A stretch of DNA of 64,000 bases from Tubiluchus corallicola (GCA_030141605.1 JAQGDQ010000346.1:101742-165741); one strand, 5' to 3'; counted from the first letter of the stretch, positions 39,141 through 53,260 are shown. The notes: a model not told the origin generated them from the letters alone. Program-made: numbers and translations.

Positions 39141-40379
39141 CTGAATTAATTTCACTGACAAATAACACGTTTTTTTTAAATTGTTGTTTGACATTCAGAA
39201 CAGCAGTGTGACGACTTTTATGTTCAACGTTTTCAGTTAATTATAATTATATTTTCACATACAGGATTGTAAATAATGCAAATTAAGCTACTAGTGTAGA
39301 AACATTATCACATTTCCGAAAAGGATGGAGAAATACATGTACATAAAACAAGAGTGTAAAAGAAACAGGCCAAAAAGGGAGAGTGGTGGGCGAGACTTAT
39401 ATTTGATTAATATTTCCTGTTTTATTGAGATATTTCTTATCCAAACACATCCATAGGTCTCAACTTAAAAATTCTCTTGCCTTGAATTTGAAATCCATTC
39501 AAGTTAAAAAGCCTTTTTTATTGACTTATTCCGCCCAAGTATTGCAGATTACAAGACTTTTGGCACAAATATCTGCAAGCAAAAACGATTATTCAATTGA
39601 CTTCATTGATCAATCAGACAGTCAAGCTGCTGCTTGTTCATAGAATAGTTAACTACTATTATTGGTATTTACTAGTGTTAGTACCTACTAACTAATAGAA
39701 ATACTATAGTTTAGCTAACTTGTTATGGTAGAAGGCGGGGTTCACTCTGGGTTGACTGATTGCTGTTAAATGAATGCCTTTTTTGTGAATGTATTTAATG
39801 TTTTTCCCCATTGACTAACGAGCCCTACCTTCCTCCACAACACATTATTACGATAGCAATAAGGTATTTTCAGAGTTCTACAAAGTTTGAGTGCTGCAGA
39901 AAATGTTTGTTCTTTGTGAAACTCTGAATATTTTAGTTAGAACTGGGTAGATTAGTTATATTACATTATGTTATACTAACGCAATAGTTAGCTACGCAGT
40001 ACTATTAGTGATTGGTATTTAATCAGTGTTGGGTAATTTAAACTGCAGGCTAGGTGGGTACGTTTCTCCAACTCAGTAATAATCGTGCAAAGTAACAACG
40101 GTATAACAGTAGATTTTATAAACAAATTCTTGTTCTTGAACTAAACTTCCATTATTTCATTATTCAAATCTATTTAAAAACCTGGAAATGTAAGAATGTT
40201 TCTTTACTTGCTGCATCTTAAATTTGCATTTATTACAATCTTGAAAAAATCCCATAATAATTATAATCAACTGAAGGGGTGAAGTATTACAAAACGTGTC
40301 ACTGAATGTTTGGTCAAACAAACAATGTGAAAAAGGCGTTTTCTTGGTAATATTAATTTGATTTTTTTCAAGCGCAACT

Positions 40380-40700
40380 TCTCTTTCTCCTCTCTCACTC
40401 TCACTCTCTCACTCTCACTCACTCTCTCTCACTCTCTCTCCCTCACTCTCACTCCTCCTCTTTCTCTGTACCTTTCTCCCTCTTTTGCTCTTTCTCTCTC
40501 CCTCTCTACTCTTCCTCTCTCTTTCTCTTTCTCTCCGTATCTTTCTCCCTCTCTCCCTTCCACTTTCTCTCTCTCTCTCTAGCTCTTTCCCTCTGCTTCC
40601 TCTTCCTGTTTTTCTCTCTCTCGCCTTTCCCCTTCTGTCTTCTCCTATCTCTTGCTCTCTCCCTCCTCCCTCTCTCAGTCTCTTGCTTTTTCATTTTTAG
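40380..40700. repeat. CT-rich low-complexity tract
   Basis: Near-pure pyrimidine degenerate (CT)n. Confidence 0.9.
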
Positions 40701-40779
40701 TTCTTTCTTGTTCTTGTATTTTTTATCTCTAATTTCAGTTTTTTCTGTGGTGCTGTTTCTCTTCCTCATGCTATATTCT

Positions 40780-41110
40780 AAATAAAAGGGGGTGACATTT
40801 GATTTCCGTATAGGAAGCTTTTCTTGTATAGTTGGTTCCTCGTGTCTCTCTAAACTTCTGTCTCAGTTTTAAGCCTAAAGAAATCTTTCCGCCATAGTTC
40901 CCAGTTTTGCTATATCTGCAAACTTGGATTGGGTAAGCCCTAGGTCAGCAGTCAAGTAAATAGATGTAAAATGTTACTGGCAAGGAGTAAATCATTGTCA
41001 AACGTGGGGCTATACGCAATAATGGGCATCTCTATTTCAGCTGTTAATAAACTGGGTTCTTTCGTATGCGTGCTAGTCAGGTCAGATTTCGCCAATTTAT
41101 AAATTTTCTG
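40780..41110 (-). mobile_element. Possible highly decayed CR1/L2 RT fragment
   Basis: Minus-strand SKFADIAKLG resembles the CR1 motif SKFADDTKLG; flanking frames are broken by stops. Confidence 0.3.
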
Positions 41111-41565
41111 AATTATCAAATTTTAACGGTCAATTTGTTGTAAAATGTTAGTTGCAGGCAGTGGGTACATAATCGACAAGGTGGCTATACAGTGTTGGGG
41201 TCTCTGTTTTCCTGTTCCTAATTATTAACATGATTTTTCCCTAAACATGTTTGTTCCCAGTTATTCAGTGAAGGTAAAAAGTGTGAAAGTAAGAAAATAA
41301 GCTGTACAAAATGTAGAATTGACTGTAGAACTTACGAGCAAAACAACTTTAAAAGCAGAGATAAGATCTGATTTCAGTTTAGCAACTAACAAAATGCATT
41401 GGGTAACATTTGCCACTTCTCAGCTGTAGCTGAAATTACTCTTTTCGCTCTGTCTCGTCTGTTCTTTTTATCTACCTGTCTAAGGACGGTCTTCCTTCTT
41501 GTTTCTTACTCCCTCTTTTTACTTTCCATGTCCATTTTTTTCCTACTTTCTCATCTCTTTTTACT

Positions 41566-42085
<520 letters not shown>

Positions 42086-42149
42086 TCATCAATCTCACTA
42101 ACTTCAAGTTTTTTGAGGGTCATGTGCTTGCTCTTGAAACATTTCTGTT

Positions 42150-42460
42150 GTATTATGCTGCATTGACTCTCCACAACTTCGTTTTTGTGCAGTTCCGTAG
42201 GCTTCATAGAGCCGGTAACGACAACTTGAGACTTGCCCATCTAGGAGGTAAGTGTGGTTTCTGATGGAAAACATGCAATGTGAGTATCCCACTTCTAGGC
42301 TTGATCAGAGTGCATTCCTTCATTAGCTTAAACCTGAGCTGGTTTACCCGAAACCTTTTCCATCCACAAGCAGTGGTCACCATCATTCATCCTCATCAGC
42401 TCTTGGTCATTATCGTCACTGTCACCATCATCATCATCATCTTTCTCATAACCACCACAG
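42150..42460 (-). repeat. Right arm of the inverted duplication (partner 38590-38950)
   Basis: Its reverse complement matches 38690-38950; both ORF translations share LTLHV.HQKPHLPP. Confidence 0.8.
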
Positions 42461-42479
42461 CTCTGAGAGTTCACAAGTG

Positions 42480-45130
42480 GTGATCTAACCGGGAAAGTTT
42501 ATCAGTTAAAAGACATACTAAAATTGTTTCGGAATTGAGTGGTTATCAAAATTTGGGTACAGTTAGTGTAGTTGGTGTTAGTGGTAGCAAACTTTCTTCT
42601 TCTGTGTGTTTAAGAGGTTATTATAGTGGTCAGAAGATAGATAATTATCTTGTTAAGAGAGGTGCAGATAAGTTGGGTGCAGTGCAGTAGATCAGACTGA
42701 AAAGTTAAAAGGGACTTGGCAGGTGAGGCCCAAACATTATAACTTTAGTAGGGAGTGTTTAGCTTTTTTAGATAAGCAGTCTCCTGATTTGAAGGATGTG
42801 CATCCGAGTTGTTTGGTTTATTTAGTTCGGCAGATAAAGACATCAGATTACTAATAGCTCGTTTTCATGGTATTTTGCATAAGATGGAGACACTGGGTGG
42901 CATTCATATGAAGGTTTCTTCTTTTAGTATATTAAAGGAGATATAAAGAAGAAGTTCTAGTATATTAAAACAAGCAGAGGAGTACATTACACTATACTAC
43001 ACTATACTATACTACCAAGCTATTCTAAAATTTTGTGTTAAACTATACTGTGGGAGGCTTTTTGGCTTTGTTTTAAAGTTTGTTTTTTGTGGGTTTTTTA
43101 AAAGATTTTATTGGTTATTTTAATTTATTTTTAATTAGATTTGTACTTTAATTTGTACGATTTGCATTATATTTGGTCTTTAGTTCGTGTTTGTTTTTGT
43201 GTGACCTTTTTTATTGTTTTAATTTTGCATAAAGCTTTTGTTTGAGGTATGGCTGATGAAATTGGTGATTAAATTTGTTTGATTGCTTAAGAATTTTTGC
43301 TTTTTTCTTAAATGATCTTAAATACTTCTTAGTGATTTTTTGCTAGACTATTTGATTGTTTTAATTTTTGCATGTATGCTGACCTTAAAGGAATCTGTAG
43401 AGACTGCTTCGTTAAAGTATATTTTACGTTTGTTAAATATATGGAAAAAGCATACAAGGGTGGAGATATTGAGGTATTTAAATCATCCGGATTTAGCGAA
43501 AACTGCAAAGATAGAGATTACAAATATTTTATTTAGGTTAGATAGGGAGATAAGTAGAATTAAGCATTATGGGCTAAGCACTCTAAAGGGTTCTACAGTT
43601 TATTGAACATCTGAGATTATTAATGGTTTGAAGAAATTGGCTAGGCGTAATGGTTTAGTTATTCGTACAGCTATTAAGAATTGTGGTTTTTCAGTAAATA
43701 CTTTGGAGTATTATCGTAGGGAGTATGATCGTCATCTTTCTCAATCTTGTTATGAAACGTGTAGCTTGAAGGCGGCTCAGGTCTTAGGGGAATGTAAGAG
43801 TCGTGTTGAGTTTTCTGTTCGAACGTATATTGCTCGGATTAAGGGTATCAAAATTTATATAGATGTTTCTGGCAGGGACGTTTATTTACCTAAAGTGACT
43901 GAGGTTGCTGCAGTACTACGTTCAGAAAGAAGTTGTAGTGTTCCATATATGGTTTTATTGCCCAAAGTTCATAAATTAATGTATAGTTCTCCAGAGACTG
44001 AGTTCCAGCTGAAGTGTAGGCCCATTATTACTGGCTATGATGCGGTGAATTTGGAGTTAAGTGAATTAGTTGGTAAGAAGTTAGACAAGATAAATGAGGC
44101 ATTGCTTGAGAGGATGCAGTCTGAATTTTTGGGGTACGGACTCTTGTTACAAATCGTTCTAGGGCGGCTGCTGTTTTGAAAACTTTGGATATTTCGCTTC
44201 GTTTAGCAATAGTGGAGTTTGACTTTGCTGAATAATATACTAATGTGAGCCATTTTGATGTATGTTCTAGCGTCAAGTCAAGTTTGCTTAAGTTTGTGTT
44301 GATTTTTATGGTATAGAGTCTTTTTTGCTTGTTTTAGATGAATCCATAGATCAGAATTATTTTAGGGTGGGGGATTATATCTATAGGCACGTTTCAGGTT
44401 TATTTATGGGTTCTAAGAGCTCATATTTATGGGCAGCTGTCAATAATGTTTTGATATTTTCTGAGTATAGGTTGTATAAGGATCAGTCAAGTTTAATGAG
44501 TAATGTTAAGTTCTTTAAGAGGTATGCGGACGATGGTTTAGCTTCGGTTCTTTTTGATTATCTTTTGATGTTTTTGGATATTATTAAGCAATACTATTCT
44601 GGAAGTTTGTCTTTAGAGATGAAAGTGGGATTCGATCGTGCTGTATTCCTGGATTTGGAGTTACGTTTGTCAGGTACTAGGAGAAGGAGGGCATTGATTT
44701 ATACGCATGTGAAGTCTCAAAATCCTATGGTTTATTTGCATTATGACTCAAATCATCCTGATTTTGTCTTTAAAGGTTTATGTCTTACGGAAAATGTGAG
44801 GTGAGGAATGATCGTATTTGTAATGATTATGTAGAGTTTCAGCATAGGATAGAGGTCTTTTCTTCGTATTTGCGATGCCTGGGTTATCCTGCTTCTGTTA
44901 TTCGCTCTCATGTAGGGAAAGTTGGTAATATTCGGACTGCTTCATCGCCGAGAGTTCATAATGGTGGTTTTAGGGTGTTCTATACTTGTTTGTTTGATGC
45001 TGTTACAGGAATGTCGTCCATGGTTAGTCGCATGCTAAGGTTGAAAGGGGTTATGCATGCTAATTCCGTAAAAGGTAAATTGCGAAATGTTTTATTTCAA
45101 AAGGCATCTTTTATAAGAGCTTTGGACTAT
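42480..45130 (+). mobile_element. Degenerate Penelope-like retroelement (RT ORF broken by stops and frameshifts)
   Basis: Ordered PLE RT motifs across 43340-45130: LVIRTAIKNCG, LLPKVHK, CRPIITG, FDFAE*YTNV, NYFRVGDYIYRHVSGLFMGSKSS, KRYADDG, FLDLEL, YLHYDSNHP...FKG, RICND, GYP. 42480-42980 has the same G/T-rich coding-like composition, so the 5' boundary is inferred. Confidence 0.85.
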
Positions 45131-47639
45131 AGGCCTACTTCACGTCTGCAACGAAATTTCCCAGAACTAGGTTATCACGACTACAATGAAATTTTCTAGA
45201 ACTGAATAGTTTATCACAACTGCAACGAAACTGCTCAGAACTTACTTCTCACTTGAGCCTTAGATTAAGGTTACTGTGGTCACTGGTGTAGGGGTGTGAG
45301 GCAGCTGTTTTTGCTGATGACTGCCTAAATTTTTTCGTGACTGTCCATTTCACCGAGAATGGATGGTCACCTGTCTGGTAGTTGTTTAGTGGTAACTTGT
45401 AACAATCAAATGCAACAAGTGGGCTACAATACAGTTTCACATACTTCCTGTGGTAATTTATCACTTGTGAAATTTGGTTGTAGGAGTTATATTAATAATT
45501 CACACTTACTTTAGAAGCACCTGCCTCGTTCCCACTTTCCTGCCATTGGTTATGGTTAATTTATATTTGACAGCGGGGGCTCTTAATAAATGCTAAAATG
45601 AGTGCATAAATTGCGCACACCATAATCAGCTGATCCAAATATCATGCTGCTATTACTGTGTTCATGAATGACTGAGTGATGAACACTTCACGTTTCTTGG
45701 AACCAGTTTTGTCAAAAGCAGTCACATTTTTTTGTTTTTCCACCCTCTACAACTTTTATTATAAAAGCCGAGTATCGTGTTGAATGGCAAAAGTACTACC
45801 AGACACCGATACTTCACAGGTGATTTGCTCTTCTTCTCCTGTTACCCCTTTTTCTCCTTCCCTCCCGCTGTGTTAGCGCTTGCCTACTTAAAGAACAGCA
45901 TCTAGTTCAAATATTGAAGCGCCTTAGTTTGCTTACAAAACCGAATTTTACTCCCAAATTGAGACACTGTGTATGGAGTGCCCTTAGGGGTGTTTACTAC
46001 ATTGTCAGATTTTGGCTTGGTCTTTGAAGAGCTTAGAAAAAATACTCATGGAGACATTATATTAACTTTCATATGTCCAAGAGGACAGCGACTGACCAAA
46101 CTATTTGGCCGTTTGTCATTCATCTAAGTACTAAACTGATAAAGCAGTGGTTAACTTTGGTTTCAACTTCAGGGAATCAATTGTAGGCTATCTGCTCGGC
46201 AAAGTGCATGTTTGTCTGACTTTTCAATTTCAACGTATTTATTCTCTTTACGAAATAACAGTATTCTTTTAAATATCCGTTTTGCCTTCTGGCGAGCTTT
46301 GGGGCTAAGAACATTGAGAGACAGGAAAATTATAAACTAATACAATAAAACTGAGTGTGTTTTGTGTGAGCTTGGAATGTATATTTACGGGTTAGTGTTA
46401 TTAGCTTGAGCGATGTTGTTCGGCTAACACCTAATACAGTTGGAACTGTGTGAGTTGAGTGAAAGAATTAATTGATTAACGATTTCACAAATGATTAAAA
46501 TAATGTGAATAGATTATTTTTAATATTATTTTTAATATAAATAGAATTCTTATTTATAAATGCTAATTTGATTATTGCTATTGATTAATGTTAGTGCTAA
46601 TGATCAATATCAACCGTTGGGTCCATTTATCCTTTCTGAAAATCATTTTTGCCACACTGTATAGTTTAAGCGTATTAAATTAACATAACTTGTTAGTGTT
46701 TTATTTTCTATTACTGAACCACATTCAGAGCTAATGGTATACAAGTGATACCAGTTATTGTCGAATTATGAGTTGAATAAATTAGTAACTAAAGACTCGC
46801 AAATTTATTAAAAAAGAACAAACTTTATAAGTACACTACACGTTTCTGTGATTTTAATAAAGTTTGCTTGCTTATGTAAATGTGTGAGGTGATTATATAG
46901 TAACTATTTCTTTTTACGCTCTGCAAAATTTAAGTTGCGAGAAATGTTGTTTATATGACAGGCATTTAAGCTGCACTTATGGTTCGTTGTTGGTCTAGCT
47001 TGACCGTCCAATAAAAAACGTTCACATGTTTTAAGCGACTATAAACTTTTACTTAATGTTATTATGAATCTAGCCCCTTCTAAGCAATTAAAGCATTGTT
47101 TAAAATGCATTTTGTAGTATTACGGCCTACTTCAGCATATAGAATAAACACGTCAGCCCAGGTAATTGTCTAAAATGCTTTTGTAATATTGATGCCTACT
47201 TTTGTACACGAACAAGCTGGCCAGATTGATTGTTTAAAATGCATTTTTTAATGTTCGTGCCTATTTTTGTGTAGTAAATGGACATGTAGGCCTAGGTATT
47301 CCTAGTTGTTAGCATACAATGCGTAATGGAGATGAATGTTAGCTAGCCTAGCGAATTATTATTTTTTACTTTTATTATGTACTGTTTAATTCTGTTCTGC
47401 ATTCTAAACTGGTAATGTTCAAACCTACATGAATTGAACGTGCATGGCGAAAACCAAAAAAACCTATATGATGGGCAATTGCACATAACATTTTTGCAAA
47501 TATTTTTCTTAAAATGTAATGTCACTTGTTAATAATATATAAAATTATTATACACAGAAGATGTGATAAAAAATTTATTGTTACTGGTTAAGGAAATACT
47601 GGTTAAGAAGATTTCTTTTAAAAAAATAATTGTATTATT

Positions 47640-48520
47640 TTGCACACTGAATAAGTAGGCATTGTTTCTCCATATTTGTTGAAAATATATTATATTATTC
47701 ATTTGCAATATGGATATGTATCCCTGCATTTTGTGCTGTGGATATGTGCACCTACATTTATTGCACCTGCACTTTACTATTTATTGAAGTGTTTTGAATG
47801 TATTACTTTGTTTTGTACTGTAAATATTTATGCCTACATTGCATACTTCTCTAGTTACTGAAAAGCATTGAATATATTGTTGTTGTTATTAATGTTATAT
47901 TACTGAATGTATTATTATATTGAACACTGAATAAGTAGGCATTGTTTCTCCATACTTTAAACTAATTTATTGTCGAAAATATATATGTTATTCTTTTGCA
48001 ATATGGATATGTATGCCTGCATTTCGTGTTGTGAATGTATTACATTGTTTTGTACTGTAAATATGTATGCCTATGTTACATACTTCTTTAGTTCTTGAAA
48101 TGCATTGAATATAGTATTATTATTATTGTTATTAATATTACGTTATTATCGGAGTGTATTATAATATTGAAGTGGTACTTAATTGTCGAAAATGTATTAT
48201 ATTATTCTTTTGCAACGTGAATTATGTATGCCTACATTTTGCACTTTACTATTAATTTAATTGAAGTGCATTGAATGTATTATATCATTGTTTTGTTTGT
48301 AAATATGTATGCCTATGTTGCGTGCTTCTCTAGTTATTGAAATGCATTGAGCATATTATTATTGTTGTTATTGTATGGTATTACAATATTGTTTTGCACT
48401 GTGAATATGTATGCCCACATTTTGTATTACCTACTTACTACCTTTATTTACCTTTATCTACATACTTTTATTTCCTACTTTACTATTTACTAAAGTGCCC
48501 TGAATGTTGTTAATATTTAG
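47640..48520. repeat. Degenerate tandem duplications (~240-280 bp units)
   Basis: cactgaataagtaggcattgtttctccata at ~47645 and ~47925; aaatatgtatgccta-like anchors at ~47822, 48059, 48301, 48403. Confidence 0.75.
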
Positions 48521-49671
48521 CGCATTATTGTTATTATGCGTTATGCGTGCTTTATTCACAAAATTTAATTATTGACTTTGCCATTCAAAATTCAGTTGCT
48601 TAACACGTATTTAGCACTTTAAACAATGAATGTTAATTCCTAATTATTGCGTGCAATACACGATGAAACTGTTGAAGATGAAAAAAAGCTTTTCTTACTT
48701 GTTAATCGACGAGTGTTGATTCTTATAATTACTGCATGCAATTTACAACGAAACAGTTGAGATTAAATAAGCTTATCTTACTTGTTAATCGATGAATGTA
48801 AATTGTTCACTGTTTATTATTATTATTATTATTCGAATGAATTCGATGATTCGAATTTGAAAGTCACAAATTCGGTTCGATTCGAATTCGCTTTCTGGTA
48901 GAGAATGCTCACGAACCAAAACGCCAAGAAATGTGGCGAGGACAGTTTAATGTACACCGTCTGATACTTTGCCAATAATTTCTTCAATAGCAATTGCTAA
49001 GGATTTTTGACATACAGCCTGGCGTGGTATAAACAAATATTTAATCATTCATTGGTGAATATTAAGTCTATCCAAGGTATATCGCTCGTGGAATATTGCT
49101 TTTGAAAATTGTTAGTTTGTGATATAATCTATTATTTAAATACAGTATCAGAAACTCTTTTGCAAAATTAATTGTGTTAAAATGTATACTTTTAGAATTT
49201 TTTGCGTAGAAGAATATTGCTCAAGCAATAGTTGTTTACGGTTGCTTACTTGGCATTTCGGCTGGCCTAATGGCTGTACACACCCACAACGCTCGATCTT
49301 TTATCACGTCATTTATTAGAGGCTCTCGTCCCTATATGAAAACGAATTTTTTTAGACAGTGCTAACACAAAACGTGATGACGGTTCAAAGCAGGCGAGGT
49401 AGATCTAATAGCATGGCCAGAGAAACCATAAACATAACATTTCAATGACTGGCTTAGGTTTATGTAGTACTGCTACAGCAACGATGTCTGTTAAGCTGAT
49501 GGATTAACGTCAAATAAATTTCCTGTTCACAAACGAAATAACAAAACAGCACTTTTATTTAGGTATAAAAACGAAATACATGTTTTTGTTGTAGATTTTG
49601 GAAATGTCAAGAAAGCTACCTAGGTATTTTGTATAAGTTTAAATATATTAACAATAATAGCAAAGGTAGTG

Positions 49672-50067
49672 CTAATAACATGCAGGTTGTAACAGTTTTA
49701 AAAGACGAGATAATGTAACAAAGAGCAGAAGAGTAATGATAATTGCAAAATTGTTCTTGTGAATATGAATTCCTGAGCCGTCACGGAGTGCCCCTCTGTT
49801 TTCGTACTCTCCTTCGCAATGCTCGAACATTTCCTCTTCGGTGCAGCATCTTGTATAGTAGTCTGCGTTTCCTTTTGGCCACGCGCAGTATGCACAGACA
49901 TGTACAACTTCGGTACCATTTTCAGTTAACTGGGTACACTTTCCTATGTGCTGTTTTATCAATTCCTTTATTTTCTGTTTCTCATCTGGCAAACATCCAT
50001 CTGATAATTGAAAAAGTACTGTGAGGAGGAAAGACACCACAAGGACACTGCGTACCAAAGACTTCAT
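49672..50067 (-). CDS. Small secreted cysteine-rich protein with C-terminal hydrophobic anchor (131 aa; CHH/ITP-like Cys spacing)
   Basis: Signal peptide (aa 1-24, ending LSDG); Cys at 25, 44, 58, 61, 74, 75, 84; NGT sequon; hydrophobic tail FAIIITLLLFVTLSRLL. Splice acceptor ttgtttttggtag lies directly before the ATG, with a candidate UTR-exon donor near 50645. Confidence 0.75.
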   Translation of the reverse strand: MKSLVRSVLVVSFLLTVLFQLSDGCLPDEKQKIKELIKQHIGKCTQLTENGTEVVHVCAYCAWPKGNADYYTRCCTEEEMFEHCEGEYENRGALRDGSGIHIHKNNFAIIITLLLFVTLSRLLKLLQPACY

Positions 50068-51175
50068 CTACCAAAAACAAAGTACATTATTCATTTCGTA
50101 TCTTTAGTTTCTCAGTTTTAGGAACTAGATACAGTTCCGAATTATTAGGCAAGAAAGGGAACTTATTCCCAGGGAACTAATCAACGTTCCAGGTTTCTCT
50201 GATTTTTTTGGAAAAGAAATTTGTTCCAGTAAGCAACCTAGAATAGCTAACGCCTTTTAAATATTCCTGAAAACAAGTTTTGCTTTTTTTTGTGAGACAA
50301 TTTATCAAAGAAAGGAAGAACAAAAATGTAGAAATTCTACTTAACAATTTTCAGTTCCAATTTCTTCTCTGATAAAAGGAAATAATTCGTGCTTTTATTA
50401 ACTTTTTAAAAAAGGAGCTAGTTCCAGCCCAGCTGGACGGCATGGTTCAATTCGCATGTTACGTATGCTAAAAATATGTGCTAACATCGAGTTTAATATC
50501 AAAATAATAAAATTGTAAAATTAAATTAGTCAATTTAATAGCCATTTAGTCGAGCATTTTCAGTGTATTATTATTTTGTCACAATAACAATAAGCGTAAA
50601 TTTCGATGTACATAATGGTTAATACTATGACTAGAAGCTCCTTACTTGTTCTGCAGCTGTGGAGGTCTGACGGTTGAAGTGAGTAAAAAAGAACTAAACT
50701 CATTCGTTCTGCTCTTGTGTTTTAAATTAAAACAATTCACCATGACGGATCAAAAACAATACAAAGGAACGTTCCTTTTTTTCATGAAAACAAAGTTTTA
50801 TGACGAGCGTTTTTCTTTCAGTTTTCTAAACCAAAAATCTTTCTTCAATATTTTTTTCAAAATAATAATAAGTCACTCACCAATTTTATTTTGAAGTTGC
50901 TTTGCAGCTAATCAGTTGACAGCGTTTGTTAATTCATTTCACTTAACAACTATATAGTCCACTATGCCGTTCTTATGACAATTTAGCCGTGCAGCGATTT
51001 TACACATCTGTTCTAAGGTTAGCAAGGTAACAGAAAAGTTAACCACAAGCTAAACGTTGTTAACCGATTAGCTGCAAAGAAATTTGAAAATAAAATTGGC
51101 GAGTGACTTATGAATGTAGGCTAAGAATCGGACAGGTAGGAATGGCACAAAAAAATTTGCACATAAGGTCTCGGT

Positions 51176-52329
51176 CAGTGGCGTCGTGCTATAGAGGCCT
51201 GCCCCCTCTCCCCTCTCCCCCTCTAATTGTTTACAAAATGTCAAAAATTTTAAGGGTTTCAGCGGCTTGTAATCATACCAATAAGGTGTAAAGTTTTGAG
51301 GAACGGTGAAATCTCCCACTGTAGCATGATATGCGATTATATATAAACATAGATATGATTATTGATTGAATCTAATGTTAAGATGGAGAAAGTCGCGATT
51401 CTGCACCTTCTACATGGCTGATCTCATTTAAGAAACCCTCGAGTTGGAGTACCTCTTGTTCACTCATGCTGTCGCTGCAGACTCTGTTCCTGAACATGTC
51501 AACACAAACTGCATTCACTCGGTATACTGTTATATGACTTCGTCTGGACTGGACAAACTTTACCCAATGATCTCCATCACATAACAGTTGATTGTGACAC
51601 TGCCCGTTACGTCTTGCTCTTGTGAGAGATCCTTTTCTGCTCTTAAATTTGTCAAGAGTGCTCTCCGCAGTACAATGAGTCAGTCACGACTGAATGATCT
51701 GATGGTCCATGCAGTCGAGGCTGAGAAAACAAAGAATATGGACTTGAAGTCTGTGGTTGAGCTCTTCTGGAGTGGTATTCTGCGTCGTTAGTACAAATTT
51801 TTAGTGCATTAATTCATATGTGTCGCTGTATATCGCTTTTTACGCTTCAACCTCTTTGCTTTATCTTGGTGTAATACCTGTCATTGCTTTTCTTCTATAC
51901 CCCTATAATCATCCTGTAATGTATTCATGTTATGTTGTTGGCTTTGACTGTGTTGCTGAATCATTTAAAAATAACGCTTGTTGTTTGTTCAATATCTTCA
52001 TCTTGTCTCGGAATAAAAAGTTTAATAATTGTTAAAAATATTAAATTAAAGGTACATATGTTTTGGTAGTCGTCTTTTCATCGAATCTTTGGATTCCTGA
52101 CAGCTAATAAATACTTAATTAAATTTTAATTTTAATTAATTTTTAATTTTAATTAAATTTCTGTAGCTATAACTTAAGTTAAATGCCAGTTGGGAATAAA
52201 TAAATCGTTTTTCTTGCACGCAAAATACTGGTGTGGGAATTCAAAATTATACGTATTTTAAACAGTTAAGTTCCGCCATTATATACAGTCGGGGCCCCCC
52301 TAATTTTTTTTTGGTGCACGATGCCCCTG
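51176..52329 (+). mobile_element. Non-autonomous hAT DNA transposon (internal deletion derivative)
   Basis: TIRs CAGTGGCGTCGTGC / GCACGATGCCCCTG; 8-bp TSD gtctcggt / gtctcagt. Retains the hATC dimerisation domain TLPVTSCSCERSFSALKFVKSALRSTMSQSRLNDL (51588-51791). Confidence 0.9.
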
Positions 52330-52386
52330 GTCTCAGTCTATGAACGTCACCAAAATTTAATGGTAAAAGAGTAAATTAATATTATT

Positions 52387-52495
52387 TGGAACATTCGTGC
52401 ATTATTGATTATAAATTTATTTAACGAGCCAATACTATGTGGAACGTTCGTGCATTATTGCTTATAAATCAATTGAACGAGCAAATATTTTGTGA
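52387..52495. repeat. Tandem duplication of ~53 bp
   Basis: ggaac(a/g)ttcgtgcattattg.ttataaat...aacgagc.aata occurs twice. Confidence 0.8.
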
Positions 52496-52661
52496 GTCTT
52501 GCTAGTCTATATAATATCAATACAGGTACATATTTGTGTTTGCTTGTTTATCTTGCGTTAACTTTTCTAGCAAGTTAGGATTGTTCGGCTTTGGCGAAGA
52601 TCTGCTTCCTACTAAGCCATTTTATTTATGCTATTTTGATGCAATCAATTTCTATAGTAAA

Positions 52662-52797
52662 ACTATAGTATAGTATAGTGTTGTTCTATAGTATAGTATG
52701 GTATGGTATGATATGGTATGGTACGGTACGGTACGGTACGGTACGGTACGGTACGGTACGGTACGGTATGGTATGGTATAGTATAGTATAGTATAGT
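52662..52797. repeat. Compound pentanucleotide microsatellite (GTATA/GTATG/GTACG)
   Basis: Directly visible; unit variants are nested symmetrically around the GTACG core. Confidence 0.92.
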
Positions 52798-53260
52798 TTG
52801 TTTAGTGAATGGTGTTCAATTTAAGTCACATCGTGGATGTACAGTTGTGCACTTCCCTAAAAGTAAATGCCACTGAATTTTTTGATGTACTGTACACTGG
52901 TAAAAATAATACACTTTGTTTTTTTATAACCAAGACTGTTCATCCATAATTACAAAGGCATATCAAAATCAGTCAAACATGACACAAAACGTCTGATGAT
53001 GTCCAACACTGTTATAATTGAAGTTATAATTATGAAAACTCAAGACTAGGACATCTTGATTTGATACTTCTATAGAAGCATTCTGACATTACCTGTATCT
53101 TCCTTAAAGATCTCCCGATATCATATGCTGATCGCCATAAACAACAAGAACTACTATATTTGTTATTTTGGTCAAATTACAAACTAAGACAGATTTTTAA
53201 TTCGCACACGTTTGTACTGAAGTATCTTGGTAATACAATACCTTACTCAGTAAGCAACAA

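Noticed and set aside
43604-43606. In-frame TGA in the PLE RT as possible selenocysteine (as in Naiad PLEs)
   Set aside because: The element also has a TAA stop and frameshifts, the site is not an evident Cys position, and no SECIS was seen.
52990-53060. ctgatgatgtcc...ggaca as a possible hammerhead ribozyme
   Set aside because: The required GAAA does not follow the stem.
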